DNA of 64,000 nt, taken from NCBI GenBank assembly GCA_038279365.1, contig JAYODI010000001.1, forward strand, positions 96,001-160,000, in the 5' to 3' direction. The stretch comes from Candidatus Latescibacterota bacterium (GTDB taxonomy: Bacteria > Latescibacterota > UBA2968). Shown piece by piece: positions 30,092 through 39,907 of this stretch (position 1 is its first letter; each line of letters starts with the position of its first letter). Position numbers and translations under genes: made by a program. The notes below the pieces were generated by a model. The model was not told the origin of the DNA, made no database searches, and saw only the letters and a program-made list of their open reading frames with translations.

Positions 30092-33000
30092 TTGTCATGG
30101 CTATGGTGCTGTTTTCCCTGTTGCCCCATATTAATGTTTATGAAATATGATGTGAATACTGATTTGTCAAATACCTCGCCAATCTACCATCCGCTCACAT
30201 CCGGGCAAAGAGATGTGTGGTTAGATCAAATGGTGTACCCAGATGTGCCGTTTTATAACATTGGAGGGTATCTCAGAATTGATGGGCATATTGATCCCGT
30301 TGTGTTTGAACAGGCGCTGCGTCGGGTTGTGCAGAGTAATGATGCTTTAAGAATTGTATTACACAAAGGGAACCCACTGCCCGTTCAAGAATTTAGAAAT
30401 GATGGTGTTTTTGATATTCCTTTTATAGATTTTTCTGAACAAAAAGATCCCATGCAGAAGGCCGAAGCTTGGATGCAAGCGCAATTTGTACGGCCATTTG
30501 AACTGTATGGGCATTTTCTTTTTCGTTATGCTATTATCAAGGTATCAGACCAATGTTATTGTTATTTTAACAATCAACACCATTTGGTTGCCGATGGTTT
30601 GTCTATTCTTATCCTTACAGAACAACTTTCAAAAGAATATAATGCCCTGATGATGGACCAATTGAGCAACGAAGTTCCCCCATCTTATCATGCGTTTATC
30701 TTAGAAGAACAAAAGTTTTTCCAGTCTAAACGATGTGAACAATCCAAGGCATTCTGGCAAAAAATTTATCAAGACCTGCCAGAACCACTTGTTTCTTACC
30801 CTAAGCGTGATACCGAAAATGATGTGCCGTTTCGAGGTGGTTTGTCTGCGCTGAGAATCAAGCCCAGTGAATATGCCGTTTTAGAGGATTTTTGCAAGGC
30901 ACAAGGTGTTACGCCCTATCATCTTTTGCTTGCCGCGCTTTATGTGTGTTTTTTGCACAATGGCATTCAGAAGGACTTTGTATATGGGGCGCCTGTGTTG
31001 AATCGTTCTCATGCAAAGGCAAAAAAAACGATTGGGCTTTTTACCAGTGTGAGCCCTGTTCGTTTTTGTTTTGGGTTGGATATCAATACGCTTGATCTTT
31101 TGGGTTTGATCAGCGAGGAGTTAAAGCGTGTCTATCGTTATCAGCGTTTGCCATTGGGAGAAATTAATAAGCTTTGTGGGATATCTCAGGCGTTTGGTCG
31201 TTCGTTGTTTGATATTGGTGTGTCGTATGAAAAAAACGATTATGGTATGACATTTCAAGGTGCCCGTGCACAGGCTATTACCTATTCAAATGGATTTGAA
31301 AGACAGGCACTCTCTATTGCGCTTAAAGAATATCGCAAGGGCGATGATATCGAGTTGGATTTTTCCTTCAATCTGCAGGTTTTTGATGCCAAAGAGATCG
31401 ACTATTTGAAACACCGTGTTCTTTTTGTTATGGAGGAGATGGTTCGCAACTCACATACAAATTTGAACAGGTTAGATATTTTACCCGCGTCAGAGAAGAC
31501 GGATGTTTTGAGAGGTTGGAACGAGACCCAAAAAGAAATACCCAAGAAGTTGGCGCACCATTTTTTTGAAGATTGTGCAAAGACTATGCCTGAGCAATTG
31601 GCCGCTGTTTGTGGCCAACAGCAAATGACGTATCGGGTTTTGAATGAACAGGCCAATCAATTGGCGCATTATCTCACTGCTTGTGGCATTGGAAAACAAG
31701 ATTTTGTTGGCATTTGTATCGATCGTTCATTTCATATGTTGGTTGCCATTTTGGGGGTGTTAAAAGCGGGCGCGGCCTATATTCCGCTGGATCCTAATTA
31801 TCCAAATGCACGTCTTGCTTTTATGATTGGTGATGCCAAGGTCAAGTTGATTTTGACCCAAGAGGATCTGCTGTCTGTGTTGCCTCAAGATGGGGGCGAT
31901 GTTTTTTGTCTGGATCGAGATAGGGCCCATTGGCAGGTGCAAAGTGCCAAACCGGTTGTTTTACAAACTGCCGATACAGATGATTTGGCTTATGTGATTT
32001 ATACCTCTGGGTCAACGGGGCAACCCAAGGGGGTGATGATTGGCCATCAAAGTTTGGTGAATCTCATTGTTGCTCAAACTCGTTTGTTTGATATTCAAGC
32101 GCAAAGTCGCGTATTGCAGTTTGCTTCGTTTAGTTTTGATGCCTCTGTGTCCGAAATTTTTACAACATTGTCATCGGGCGCAACGCTTGTGTTGGCCTCC
32201 AAAGACGAGATAATGCCAGGCCCCAATTTGGTGCAAACATTAAACGCGTTTGAAGTTACCCATGTCACTCTGCCTCCATCTTCATTGGGGGTGCTTCCCT
32301 ATACCGATCTGCCTGCTCTGGAAACGTTGGTGGTTGCGGGTGAAGCGTGTGCCGAAGATTTGGCAAAGAAGTGGGGCCCAGGACGGCGCTTTATGAATGC
32401 CTATGGCCCAACTGAGGCCACCGTATGTGCATCAACTTGGGTGTTTGAAAAGGAGATGGGCAAACCTTTGATTGGGCGTCCTATCGACAATGTTCAACTT
32501 TATGTTTTAAATGATGATTTGCGTCCGGTTTCTGTTGGTCAAGCTGGTGAGTTGCATATTGCGGGTATGGGAGTGGCAAAAGGATATTTGAATCGACCAG
32601 AATTAGAGTGTGAAAAATTCATTCCCAATCCTTTTGATAAGCGTGATGGTTCTCGTCTTTATAAAACGGGAGACTTGGTTCGCTGGTTGGCAGATGGTAA
32701 TCTCGATTTTTTAGGACGCAAAGACTTTCAAGTGAAAATTCGAGGCTTTCGCGTGGAGCTTGAAGAAATCGAATCAACGCTTAGACAACATGCATCTGTG
32801 CAAGATGCGGTTGTGATTGTGACCGAATGGGGCCCACAGATACAAAACTTGGTGGCTTATTTTATTCCATCAGGAAAGGTGTTGCAAGACGACACGTCGA
32901 TTTTGAAATCCTTTTTGCAATCAAAACTGCCCAATTATATGGTTCCTCATTTTATGCTTCCCATCGATCAGTTTCCATTAACACCCAGTGGAAAAATAGA

Positions 33001-34033
33001 TCGCAATGGGTTTCCCAAACCGACGGGTGCCTTTTCAAAAGATGCTGAAAACAATCAACCTGTTACAGATGCCGAACAAAAATTGCTGTCCATTTGGAAT
33101 GGTGTTATGCCGGGGGTTCAGATTGGGATTCATGCCCCTTTTTTTGATGTGGGACTCGATTCTTTAAAAACCATACAGTTTATTTATCATGTAGAGGCCG
33201 AGTTTGACGTGAAGCTCCATCCCAGTGTTTTGTTTCAGCAGAATACGGTTTCGGCGTTGGGGCAATTTCTTTCCGAAAAAAAAGATGGTTTTAAACCCTC
33301 TCAAAGTCTCGTTCACATTCAAATAAAAGAAAAAAAGGTGCCTTTTTTTTGTGTGACGGGTGGATATGGTGATGTTTTGGTTTTCAAAGACCTGGCTCAG
33401 TTTATGCCACGTTCATTTTATGCCTTACAACCGCCGAGTTGGACAAACGACAATGCGCTCTCCTTTGCGGATCTTGCAAGATACTATGTTCGCGATATTC
33501 AATCGGTTCAAAAAAAGGGGCCTTATCTATTGGGTGGATACAGTTTGGGAGGAATTATTGCCTTGGAGATGGCGCGAGAATTCAAAGAGATGGGTGAACA
33601 GGTTGATGCGCTGGTTGTGTTTGGTGCCCCGCTGACCCATGGGGTTTTGGGGCATTGGATATATAAGCGTTTGATGGGGACAGTAAAGAAATTTGTTCCA
33701 GAATCAGAGCAAAGCGAGTCGGAGGTTGTGCGTATTCTTAAAGGGTTGTTTCGCGATGAAGGTTTGCAACGACATATGAATAGTTTGACTGGGTATGTTG
33801 CCAGCCCGTATTCGGGTAAGATTACCATTTTTGAAGGCAAGCAGGCATCGTCTCGATTTTATCCGTGGAAGAAGAAGTGGCAACAGTTGGCATACGGCGG
33901 GCTAGAGATTGTTATGTTGCCAGGCAATCACCACAGTTTTATTCGATCACCCAACAATGCGGCGTTTGCCCAGCATTTGGAATGTTGTTTAGAAGGCGTT
34001 ATGGCCAATTCTGTGGGTGAGGTGGGTAGATGA
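30092..34033 (+). CDS. Single-module NRPS (starter C - A - T - TE)
   Basis: C: 'LTSGQRDVW...YNIGGY', 'HHLVADG'; A: 'YTSGSTGQPKG', 'NAYGPTE', 'YKTGD', 'SGKIDR'; T: 'FFDVGLDSL'; TE: 'GYSLGG', 'PGNH'. True start may be 30134 or 30140. Confidence 0.95.
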   Translation: MSWLWCCFPCCPILMFMKYDVNTDLSNTSPIYHPLTSGQRDVWLDQMVYPDVPFYNIGGYLRIDGHIDPVVFEQALRRVVQSNDALRIVLHKGNPLPVQEFRNDGVFDIPFIDFSEQKDPMQKAEAWMQAQFVRPFELYGHFLFRYAIIKVSDQCYCYFNNQHHLVADGLSILILTEQLSKEYNALMMDQLSNEVPPSYHAFILEEQKFFQSKRCEQSKAFWQKIYQDLPEPLVSYPKRDTENDVPFRGGLSALRIKPSEYAVLEDFCKAQGVTPYHLLLAALYVCFLHNGIQKDFVYGAPVLNRSHAKAKKTIGLFTSVSPVRFCFGLDINTLDLLGLISEELKRVYRYQRLPLGEINKLCGISQAFGRSLFDIGVSYEKNDYGMTFQGARAQAITYSNGFERQALSIALKEYRKGDDIELDFSFNLQVFDAKEIDYLKHRVLFVMEEMVRNSHTNLNRLDILPASEKTDVLRGWNETQKEIPKKLAHHFFEDCAKTMPEQLAAVCGQQQMTYRVLNEQANQLAHYLTACGIGKQDFVGICIDRSFHMLVAILGVLKAGAAYIPLDPNYPNARLAFMIGDAKVKLILTQEDLLSVLPQDGGDVFCLDRDRAHWQVQSAKPVVLQTADTDDLAYVIYTSGSTGQPKGVMIGHQSLVNLIVAQTRLFDIQAQSRVLQFASFSFDASVSEIFTTLSSGATLVLASKDEIMPGPNLVQTLNAFEVTHVTLPPSSLGVLPYTDLPALETLVVAGEACAEDLAKKWGPGRRFMNAYGPTEATVCASTWVFEKEMGKPLIGRPIDNVQLYVLNDDLRPVSVGQAGELHIAGMGVAKGYLNRPELECEKFIPNPFDKRDGSRLYKTGDLVRWLADGNLDFLGRKDFQVKIRGFRVELEEIESTLRQHASVQDAVVIVTEWGPQIQNLVAYFIPSGKVLQDDTSILKSFLQSKLPNYMVPHFMLPIDQFPLTPSGKIDRNGFPKPTGAFSKDAENNQPVTDAEQKLLSIWNGVMPGVQIGIHAPFFDVGLDSLKTIQFIYHVEAEFDVKLHPSVLFQQNTVSALGQFLSEKKDGFKPSQSLVHIQIKEKKVPFFCVTGGYGDVLVFKDLAQFMPRSFYALQPPSWTNDNALSFADLARYYVRDIQSVQKKGPYLLGGYSLGGIIALEMAREFKEMGEQVDALVVFGAPLTHGVLGHWIYKRLMGTVKKFVPESEQSESEVVRILKGLFRDEGLQRHMNSLTGYVASPYSGKITIFEGKQASSRFYPWKKKWQQLAYGGLEIVMLPGNHHSFIRSPNNAAFAQHLECCLEGVMANSVGEVGR

Positions 34034-35301
34034 AGATTACGATTGTCACACTCGGAACCCGTGGTGATGTGCAACCGTGTATTGCGATGGGGTTGGGGTT
34101 GCGGGCTGCAGGTCATGAGGTGAAGATCGCTGCTCCTGCAGAATACGGCCACCTGGCTCGTAACAAAGGGTTGGACTATTTTCCGCTTCAAAATGCGTTT
34201 AGACATATTTTTGAAACCGAATCAGAATGCAGTCGGTTGAAGGAAGAGATCAATCCGTTACGCCTGATTTTTCGCCAAAGAAGTGTGGTAGAACCTGTTG
34301 TTAATCAAATTTTTTCAGATTTATGGACTGCCTGCCAAGATACCGATCTCATCCTTTATACAATATTGGCTTTGCCGGCTTATTATTATGCTCAAGATTT
34401 GGGTATTCCTGCTTTTATGGTATGCTTGCAACCGCTTTGTCGCACGCGGGCATTTCCGAGTGTTTTGTTTTCGCCAAAAATTTCAAATATTGCCTGGGTC
34501 AACCGTGCAAGTTACATATTGGTCGAGCAAGCGATGTGGCGATTTTTGCGGCCCTATTTTGTGTGTTGGCGAAAGAAAATGGGATTGTCGGCCGTTTCTT
34601 TTTGGGGGCACTTTAATCAGTTTGATGGCCATAAAACACCTATTTTTAATGGGTATAGCTCTTCGGTTGTTCCTAAACCCAAAGATTGGGGCGATCGAAA
34701 CTATGTGACGGGATATTGGTTTTTAGACAGCACTCCTCCCAATTGGCAACCCCCTCCAGATCTGGTTCGTTTTCTCAAGCAGGGTTCACGGCCCGTGTGT
34801 TTTGGTTTTGGGAGCATGAACGACAGCCGTGTTGCAAACATGGTAAAAATGGCGATTGGTGCTTTAGAAAAAAGTGGTCAACGGGGAATCTTATTAACGG
34901 GGAAAAGTGATCTCAAAAAAGATGAGTTACCGCTGTCTGATCATGTTTTTGTGGCCGAAGAAATACCTCATGCCTGGTTGTTTCAGCACGCGGCCGCCGT
35001 GATTCACCACGGTGGTGCGGGAACGACCGCCACAGCCATTCGAGCAGGAATTCCGTCTATTATTATTCCTTTCTTTTTTGATCAGCTTTTTTGGGGGCGG
35101 CAGCTTGCCACTTTGGGTGTGGGGCCCGAGCCTGTGATCAAGAGGCGGCTATCGGTTGATGGATTGGCATTGTCATTAAAAGATGCGTTGGATAACAAGA
35201 CGTATCAAAATCGGCTTCAAGCGTTAAGCAAGCAGATCAATGATGAAAATGGAGTTGGATGTGTTGTTGATACTTTTCATCGCGAGTTGGCCAGACTTTA
35301 A
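34030..35301 (+). CDS. Glycosyltransferase family 1 (sterol/lipid glycosyltransferase-like)
   Basis: 'GTRGDVQP', 'GFGSM', 'PHAWLF', 'HHGGAGTT', 'PFFFDQ.FWG'; overlaps the NRPS stop (ATGA). Confidence 0.92.
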   Translation: MKITIVTLGTRGDVQPCIAMGLGLRAAGHEVKIAAPAEYGHLARNKGLDYFPLQNAFRHIFETESECSRLKEEINPLRLIFRQRSVVEPVVNQIFSDLWTACQDTDLILYTILALPAYYYAQDLGIPAFMVCLQPLCRTRAFPSVLFSPKISNIAWVNRASYILVEQAMWRFLRPYFVCWRKKMGLSAVSFWGHFNQFDGHKTPIFNGYSSSVVPKPKDWGDRNYVTGYWFLDSTPPNWQPPPDLVRFLKQGSRPVCFGFGSMNDSRVANMVKMAIGALEKSGQRGILLTGKSDLKKDELPLSDHVFVAEEIPHAWLFQHAAAVIHHGGAGTTATAIRAGIPSIIIPFFFDQLFWGRQLATLGVGPEPVIKRRLSVDGLALSLKDALDNKTYQNRLQALSKQINDENGVGCVVDTFHRELARL

Positions 35302-35323
35302 AACGGATCGTGTGGATTTATAG

Positions 35324-37645
35324 ATGCCTACGCATAACCATTTTAACCCATCATCAGAGAATGACATTTTACGTGTTTTTCAATCTGCACCTCTTTTTCA
35401 AGGTTTGGGTCAAGGTATTTTGGAGCTGTTGGCCGCAGAGGCAGATTGGGTGGGGCTTGAGAGTGGCGATTTCCTTTTTAAAAAAGGAGATCCATCCGAT
35501 GCGATGTATTTGGCAGTAACGGCGGGATTGGCTGTTTGGATTGAGCAAGAAGTCGTGGTTGGTTCAGCGGATACCAAAGAGGCTGGTGAAGAATCTGTTA
35601 TTACCATGACCGAAGCGGATGGGACAACGTTGGTTGCCAAGGAAATTGATCAGGGAGAAACCATCGGTGAAATGCAATTTTTGACCAGTGGCAAACGCAC
35701 GGCAAATGTGAGTGCGTTACAAGATACAAACGTGGTTCGGGTTCGTTATGATGCGCTTGAGTTTTTGGGCGATCAAAAAATGGTTTTTTTAGAACATTTG
35801 AGTCGCATTGTTCGCAAGCGTTTACAATTTAACCAGTTGGCCACCATTCTTCCTAAATTATTTGGTGTTCTTACAGCCGACGAGCTTGAAGATATTGTCG
35901 AACGGGCCGATTGGTTTGAGGTCCAAAGAGGAGAAACGCTCTTTTCTCAAGGAGATGTAGGCGATAGTTTTTACATTTTGTTGAGTGGTCGATTGGGAAT
36001 CGCTGTGGTGGGTGAGGGTGGCGAACGCAAGTTGGTAAGTGAAGTGATGGCTGGTGAGATTTTGGGTGAAATGGCATTGTTAACCGAAGAAAGTCGTTCG
36101 GCAACGGTTTATGCGATTCGCAATTCCAATTTGTTTAGGCTTTCAAAAAGTGAATTTGATCGTTTACTGGAAAAATATCCTAAGTTTTTATCGCAAATCA
36201 ACCGTGTGCTGATTGAGCGCCTTCGCGTTTCAATTGGTTCAAAGCGCAAAACCGAACCCACCTCTGTAATTGCCATTGTGCCTACAAGTCCCAATACGGC
36301 AACGGAAGATTTTGCACGTCACTTGTCTCAAGCCTTATTGGCAAGTTATGCCACATTGAGTGTCAACAGCAAACAAGTAGATGCCTTGCTCAATGCGCCG
36401 AACATTTCACAGGTGTCAGAAACCGACCCCAATGCCATCAGAATTGCAACGTGGTTTAGTGCCCAAGAATTGGCTTATCCGTTCATCCTACTTGTGGCCG
36501 ACTCTCAGTTGACGCACTGGACGCGGTGGTGCGTGCGTCATGCCGACCATGTTTTGATTTTGGGAGAAGACGATGCTTCGGCAAATTTGGGCGAAATAGA
36601 AGATGGGCTATTATTTCATGATAAAACGTTTACGCCAGATTTCTTTTCATTGGTGCTTGTACATTCAGATCCTGAAACCAAGCCTGTCAGTACCCAGAAG
36701 TGGCTCAAAGAAAGAACGGTTGCCATGGTGCATCATGTTCGTAGACATGCACCTCAAGATTTTCAACGGTTGGCACGCTATTTAACGGGGCAATCTGTGG
36801 GGTTGGTTTTAAGTGGTGGGGGCGCGCGAGGGTTTGCCCATCTTGGTGCCATTCGCGCATTACAAGAAAATGGTGTTCCAATTGATATGATTGCAGGAAC
36901 CAGTTTTGGTTCGATTGTGTCTGGGCTTTTTGCAATGGGGTGGAGCTTAGAAAAAATAACCCATGAGTTTCGTTTTGATCGGTCTGACTTATTGAAAGAT
37001 ATCACGCTTCCAATGGCCTCTCTTTTTTCTGGCAAAAAGATGGCCAAGGCGTTTAGAGGTTTTTTTGGCGATACGCGTATTGAGGATCTCTGGATTCCTT
37101 TTTTTTGTGTTTCAAGCAATCTCACACGCGCCGAAATAAAGGTGCATCAGTCGGGCGCGATGTGGCAAAGCATTCAGGCCAGTAATGCGGCACCGGGTAT
37201 TTTTCCGCCAGTGGTGTTGAATGGCGACTTGCATGTCGATGGGGCATTGTTGAGCAATTTGCCCGCAGATATAATGAGCCAATATTGCAAAGGCACGGTG
37301 ATTTCGGTCGATGTGAGTCCTGCTGTTGATTTGGCAGAGAATGCAGATTATGGAGATGGGCTGTCTGGGTGGGATATATTATGGCGCAAGTTAAATCCAT
37401 TTTCTTCGCCAATTTCTGTACCAAGTTTGCTTTCTATTTTACATCGCTCTGGCGAACTGGCCAGTGTGGCCAATCAAAAAGAAATTGCAGAACGTGTTTC
37501 AGATTTGTATCTGCGCATGCCTGTTGAAAAATATAATTTGCAAGAGTATGATTTGTCCCAAGAAATTGCCGAAACCGGCTATCACTATGCTCAGATAAAA
37601 ATTGCAGAGTGGTTACGTGACTCACCGCCATCATGGCTCAAGTGA
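35324..37645 (+). CDS. Patatin-like phospholipase with two cyclic-nucleotide-binding domains (NTE-like)
   Basis: Two cNMP domains ('GEMQFL...RTANV', 'GEMALL...RSATV'); patatin motifs GGGARG, GTSFG, DGA. Confidence 0.9.
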   Translation: MPTHNHFNPSSENDILRVFQSAPLFQGLGQGILELLAAEADWVGLESGDFLFKKGDPSDAMYLAVTAGLAVWIEQEVVVGSADTKEAGEESVITMTEADGTTLVAKEIDQGETIGEMQFLTSGKRTANVSALQDTNVVRVRYDALEFLGDQKMVFLEHLSRIVRKRLQFNQLATILPKLFGVLTADELEDIVERADWFEVQRGETLFSQGDVGDSFYILLSGRLGIAVVGEGGERKLVSEVMAGEILGEMALLTEESRSATVYAIRNSNLFRLSKSEFDRLLEKYPKFLSQINRVLIERLRVSIGSKRKTEPTSVIAIVPTSPNTATEDFARHLSQALLASYATLSVNSKQVDALLNAPNISQVSETDPNAIRIATWFSAQELAYPFILLVADSQLTHWTRWCVRHADHVLILGEDDASANLGEIEDGLLFHDKTFTPDFFSLVLVHSDPETKPVSTQKWLKERTVAMVHHVRRHAPQDFQRLARYLTGQSVGLVLSGGGARGFAHLGAIRALQENGVPIDMIAGTSFGSIVSGLFAMGWSLEKITHEFRFDRSDLLKDITLPMASLFSGKKMAKAFRGFFGDTRIEDLWIPFFCVSSNLTRAEIKVHQSGAMWQSIQASNAAPGIFPPVVLNGDLHVDGALLSNLPADIMSQYCKGTVISVDVSPAVDLAENADYGDGLSGWDILWRKLNPFSSPISVPSLLSILHRSGELASVANQKEIAERVSDLYLRMPVEKYNLQEYDLSQEIAETGYHYAQIKIAEWLRDSPPSWLK

Positions 37646-37651
37646 AAAAAT

Positions 37652-38644
37652 ATGTGGTTCGGTTTAATTGTTTTGCTCGTTTTCGCAGTATGGGCCTTTA
37701 CGGGTTATGATTTTGCCTTGGTGGTGTCTTCATTGGCTTCAGCAGATTGGCGATGGATATGTGTGGGGGTGGGGCTCAATGTTTTGTTGTTGTATTTGCG
37801 TGTGTATAAGTGGCGCTTTTTTAATTCGGCATTTAGGGATTTTTCATATTTCAATATGTCATTGGCGGCATTTGCTGCTTATACTTGCAATATGGTTGTG
37901 CCTGCCAAAGTGGGTGCATTTGTTCAAGCGTGGCTTTTGAGTCAAAAAGAACCGATTCCAGCGAGTACTGTTTTGAGCACGTTGGTGTTGGTGCGTGTTA
38001 TGGATGGGGTTTCTCTTACTTTTGTTGGGTTGTTGGTTTTTAATTTTGTCGAGGTATCATCTGAGCAAAGTTCAATATGGGATGCTTATAAAACGGCAGG
38101 TGTTTTATTGGCGTCCTTTTTGTTTTTTGTGATTGTTTTTTTATTTTGGTTGGGGCGTTATCCAAGTGCCCGTATTGTTTTTGAGCGGTTTGTCAGGTTC
38201 TTTTTGCCAACGCGTTTTAAAGCCTCTTGTGGCAAGGTGGTGAATTCGCTTTGGGAGGGCTTTGCTGTTTTGAACCACGGTGGGAGCTTAGGTATTATTG
38301 CGTTTTTGAGTTTTGTTTTTTGGGGGGTGGCAGCAACGATGGTTTTTGTGTATCTTAAGGCTTTTTATGTTATAGATGTTCCGATGTATCTCCCTTTGTG
38401 TATTATTTTGGCACAAGCAGTCGGATTTATGATTCCCTCTCCTGGGTATGTGGGGCCTTTTCATGCCGCCACGGTTACTGCGTTGTCTTTTTTTGATATT
38501 TCTGGCGAGTTGGCGTTGTCCATCGCCATTATGATGCACGCGGCTTTGTTTGTGACCAATTCTTTGCTGGGTATTATTTATCTGTGGATCGAAAATTTGA
38601 ATGTTGTTGCTGTCATTAAAAAGGCAAAAGATGGATTTGGTTAA
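37652..38644 (+). CDS. Lysylphosphatidylglycerol synthase TM / flippase-like membrane protein
   Basis: Multi-TM; 'LRVYKWR', 'NMVVPAKVG', 'RVMDG', 'IPSPGYVGPFH'. Confidence 0.85.
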   Translation: MWFGLIVLLVFAVWAFTGYDFALVVSSLASADWRWICVGVGLNVLLLYLRVYKWRFFNSAFRDFSYFNMSLAAFAAYTCNMVVPAKVGAFVQAWLLSQKEPIPASTVLSTLVLVRVMDGVSLTFVGLLVFNFVEVSSEQSSIWDAYKTAGVLLASFLFFVIVFLFWLGRYPSARIVFERFVRFFLPTRFKASCGKVVNSLWEGFAVLNHGGSLGIIAFLSFVFWGVAATMVFVYLKAFYVIDVPMYLPLCIILAQAVGFMIPSPGYVGPFHAATVTALSFFDISGELALSIAIMMHAALFVTNSLLGIIYLWIENLNVVAVIKKAKDGFG

Positions 38645-38775
38645 GATCAATGCAAAATTGAAAAAGTGACACTTGGCGTGTGTTGAATGATACGGGTGCG
38701 GTATTGGAGCAGGTGATCGAAATGTGAGTGGGATGATACTTTCTCGTATTGGAGTTGATGTGTATTGTAAAAGAG

Positions 38776-38806
38776 GCCGTTGGATCTTTTGATCCAACGG
38801 CTTTTT
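38776..38806. repeat. 31-bp palindromic repeat/terminator, right copy
   Basis: Identical to 27246-27276; lies between convergent genes. Confidence 0.9.
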
Positions 38807-38847
38807 TTACATCGTGGATGTTTTTGGCCTCATAGGGCTGGGTTGTG

Positions 38848-39894
38848 TTATTTAGGATCTGGAATGACTACGCCGAGTTCATTGGCTGCTTCACAAATGG
38901 CATCCCAAGTGTTGTCTTCAATGAAGATGCCTTCGGCTTCGCGTTGGGTTTGGCGTTCTTGTTCAATTTCTCCGGGCAGATAAACTTTGCCGTGGTCGGG
39001 GTGAACGGGTGATGATTTGACCCAATCGATCAGTTTTTGGATTTCGGCCTTGTATTCGTCTATGTCGATAAAGCTGTTGATGTTGATGGCTATGGCAACA
39101 AACCCACTGCCGCCACGGGTGGGTTTTTCACTGCTACACCCAGCCCAAGAAAGGCCACCGGCAATGGCTTCAATCATCATGCCCAAGCCATATCCTTTGT
39201 GTCCCATTGTGCCACCCAAGGGCAACATGGCCGCCAAGCCATCTTTAAAGAGATTGGGGTCTGTGACTGTGTTGCCGTCTTTGTCTACGAGCCAGCCTTC
39301 AGGCACATCTTGTTCACGCGCTTTATACACATCCACTTTGCCACCTGCGGCCATGCTGGTGGTGATGTCAAGCATAAGGGGGGGGCCACTTTGTGTGGGC
39401 GCACTAAATGCAATGGGGTTAGGTGGTAAGCGACGGCCTGTGCCACCAAAGGGTGCCGTAAAGCGTGCGCCACCATTGAGCATGAGCAAACCAATACAGT
39501 CGCGTTTTGCAGCTATGGGCGGAAAATCACCCAAGCGACCTATGTGACTGCATTGGTGTACGGCCACGGCACCAAAGGTGTGGGTGAGCGCCCGGTCTGT
39601 GGCCATTTCCATGGCGCGTCGGGCAAGCACGATGCCCAAGCATCCTTCGCCATCAATGACCACTGAGGCGGGGGTCTCGCGCACAATTTTGAGTTTGCCC
39701 ACGGGTTTCATACCACCGGCTTTGATGCTTTTTAAATAGGAGGGGGTGCGAATAACGCCGTGTGAATCGTGGCCCATGAGATTGGCTTCTACAAGATGGT
39801 CGGCCATAATTTTTGCCTGATCTTGAGGCAGATCAACCGATTGAAACAGGTCGGTGACGAGTTTGCGAAGGGGCATATGGTCTATATGTGGCAT
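38848..39894 (-). CDS. Ldh_2 family oxidoreductase (malate/L-lactate/sulfolactate dehydrogenase-like)
   Basis: 'ANLMGHDSHGV', 'SHIGRLG', 'GHKGYGL', 'LPGEIE'. Confidence 0.9.
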   Translation of the reverse strand: MPHIDHMPLRKLVTDLFQSVDLPQDQAKIMADHLVEANLMGHDSHGVIRTPSYLKSIKAGGMKPVGKLKIVRETPASVVIDGEGCLGIVLARRAMEMATDRALTHTFGAVAVHQCSHIGRLGDFPPIAAKRDCIGLLMLNGGARFTAPFGGTGRRLPPNPIAFSAPTQSGPPLMLDITTSMAAGGKVDVYKAREQDVPEGWLVDKDGNTVTDPNLFKDGLAAMLPLGGTMGHKGYGLGMMIEAIAGGLSWAGCSSEKPTRGGSGFVAIAININSFIDIDEYKAEIQKLIDWVKSSPVHPDHGKVYLPGEIEQERQTQREAEGIFIEDNTWDAICEAANELGVVIPDPK

Positions 39895-39907
39895 GTGTTT
39901 TCCTTTT

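Noticed and set aside
35324-37645. CBASS or other phage-defence patatin effector
   Set aside because: NTE-like cNMP-patatin architecture with no cyclase or CD-NTase nearby; it sits within a biosynthetic operon
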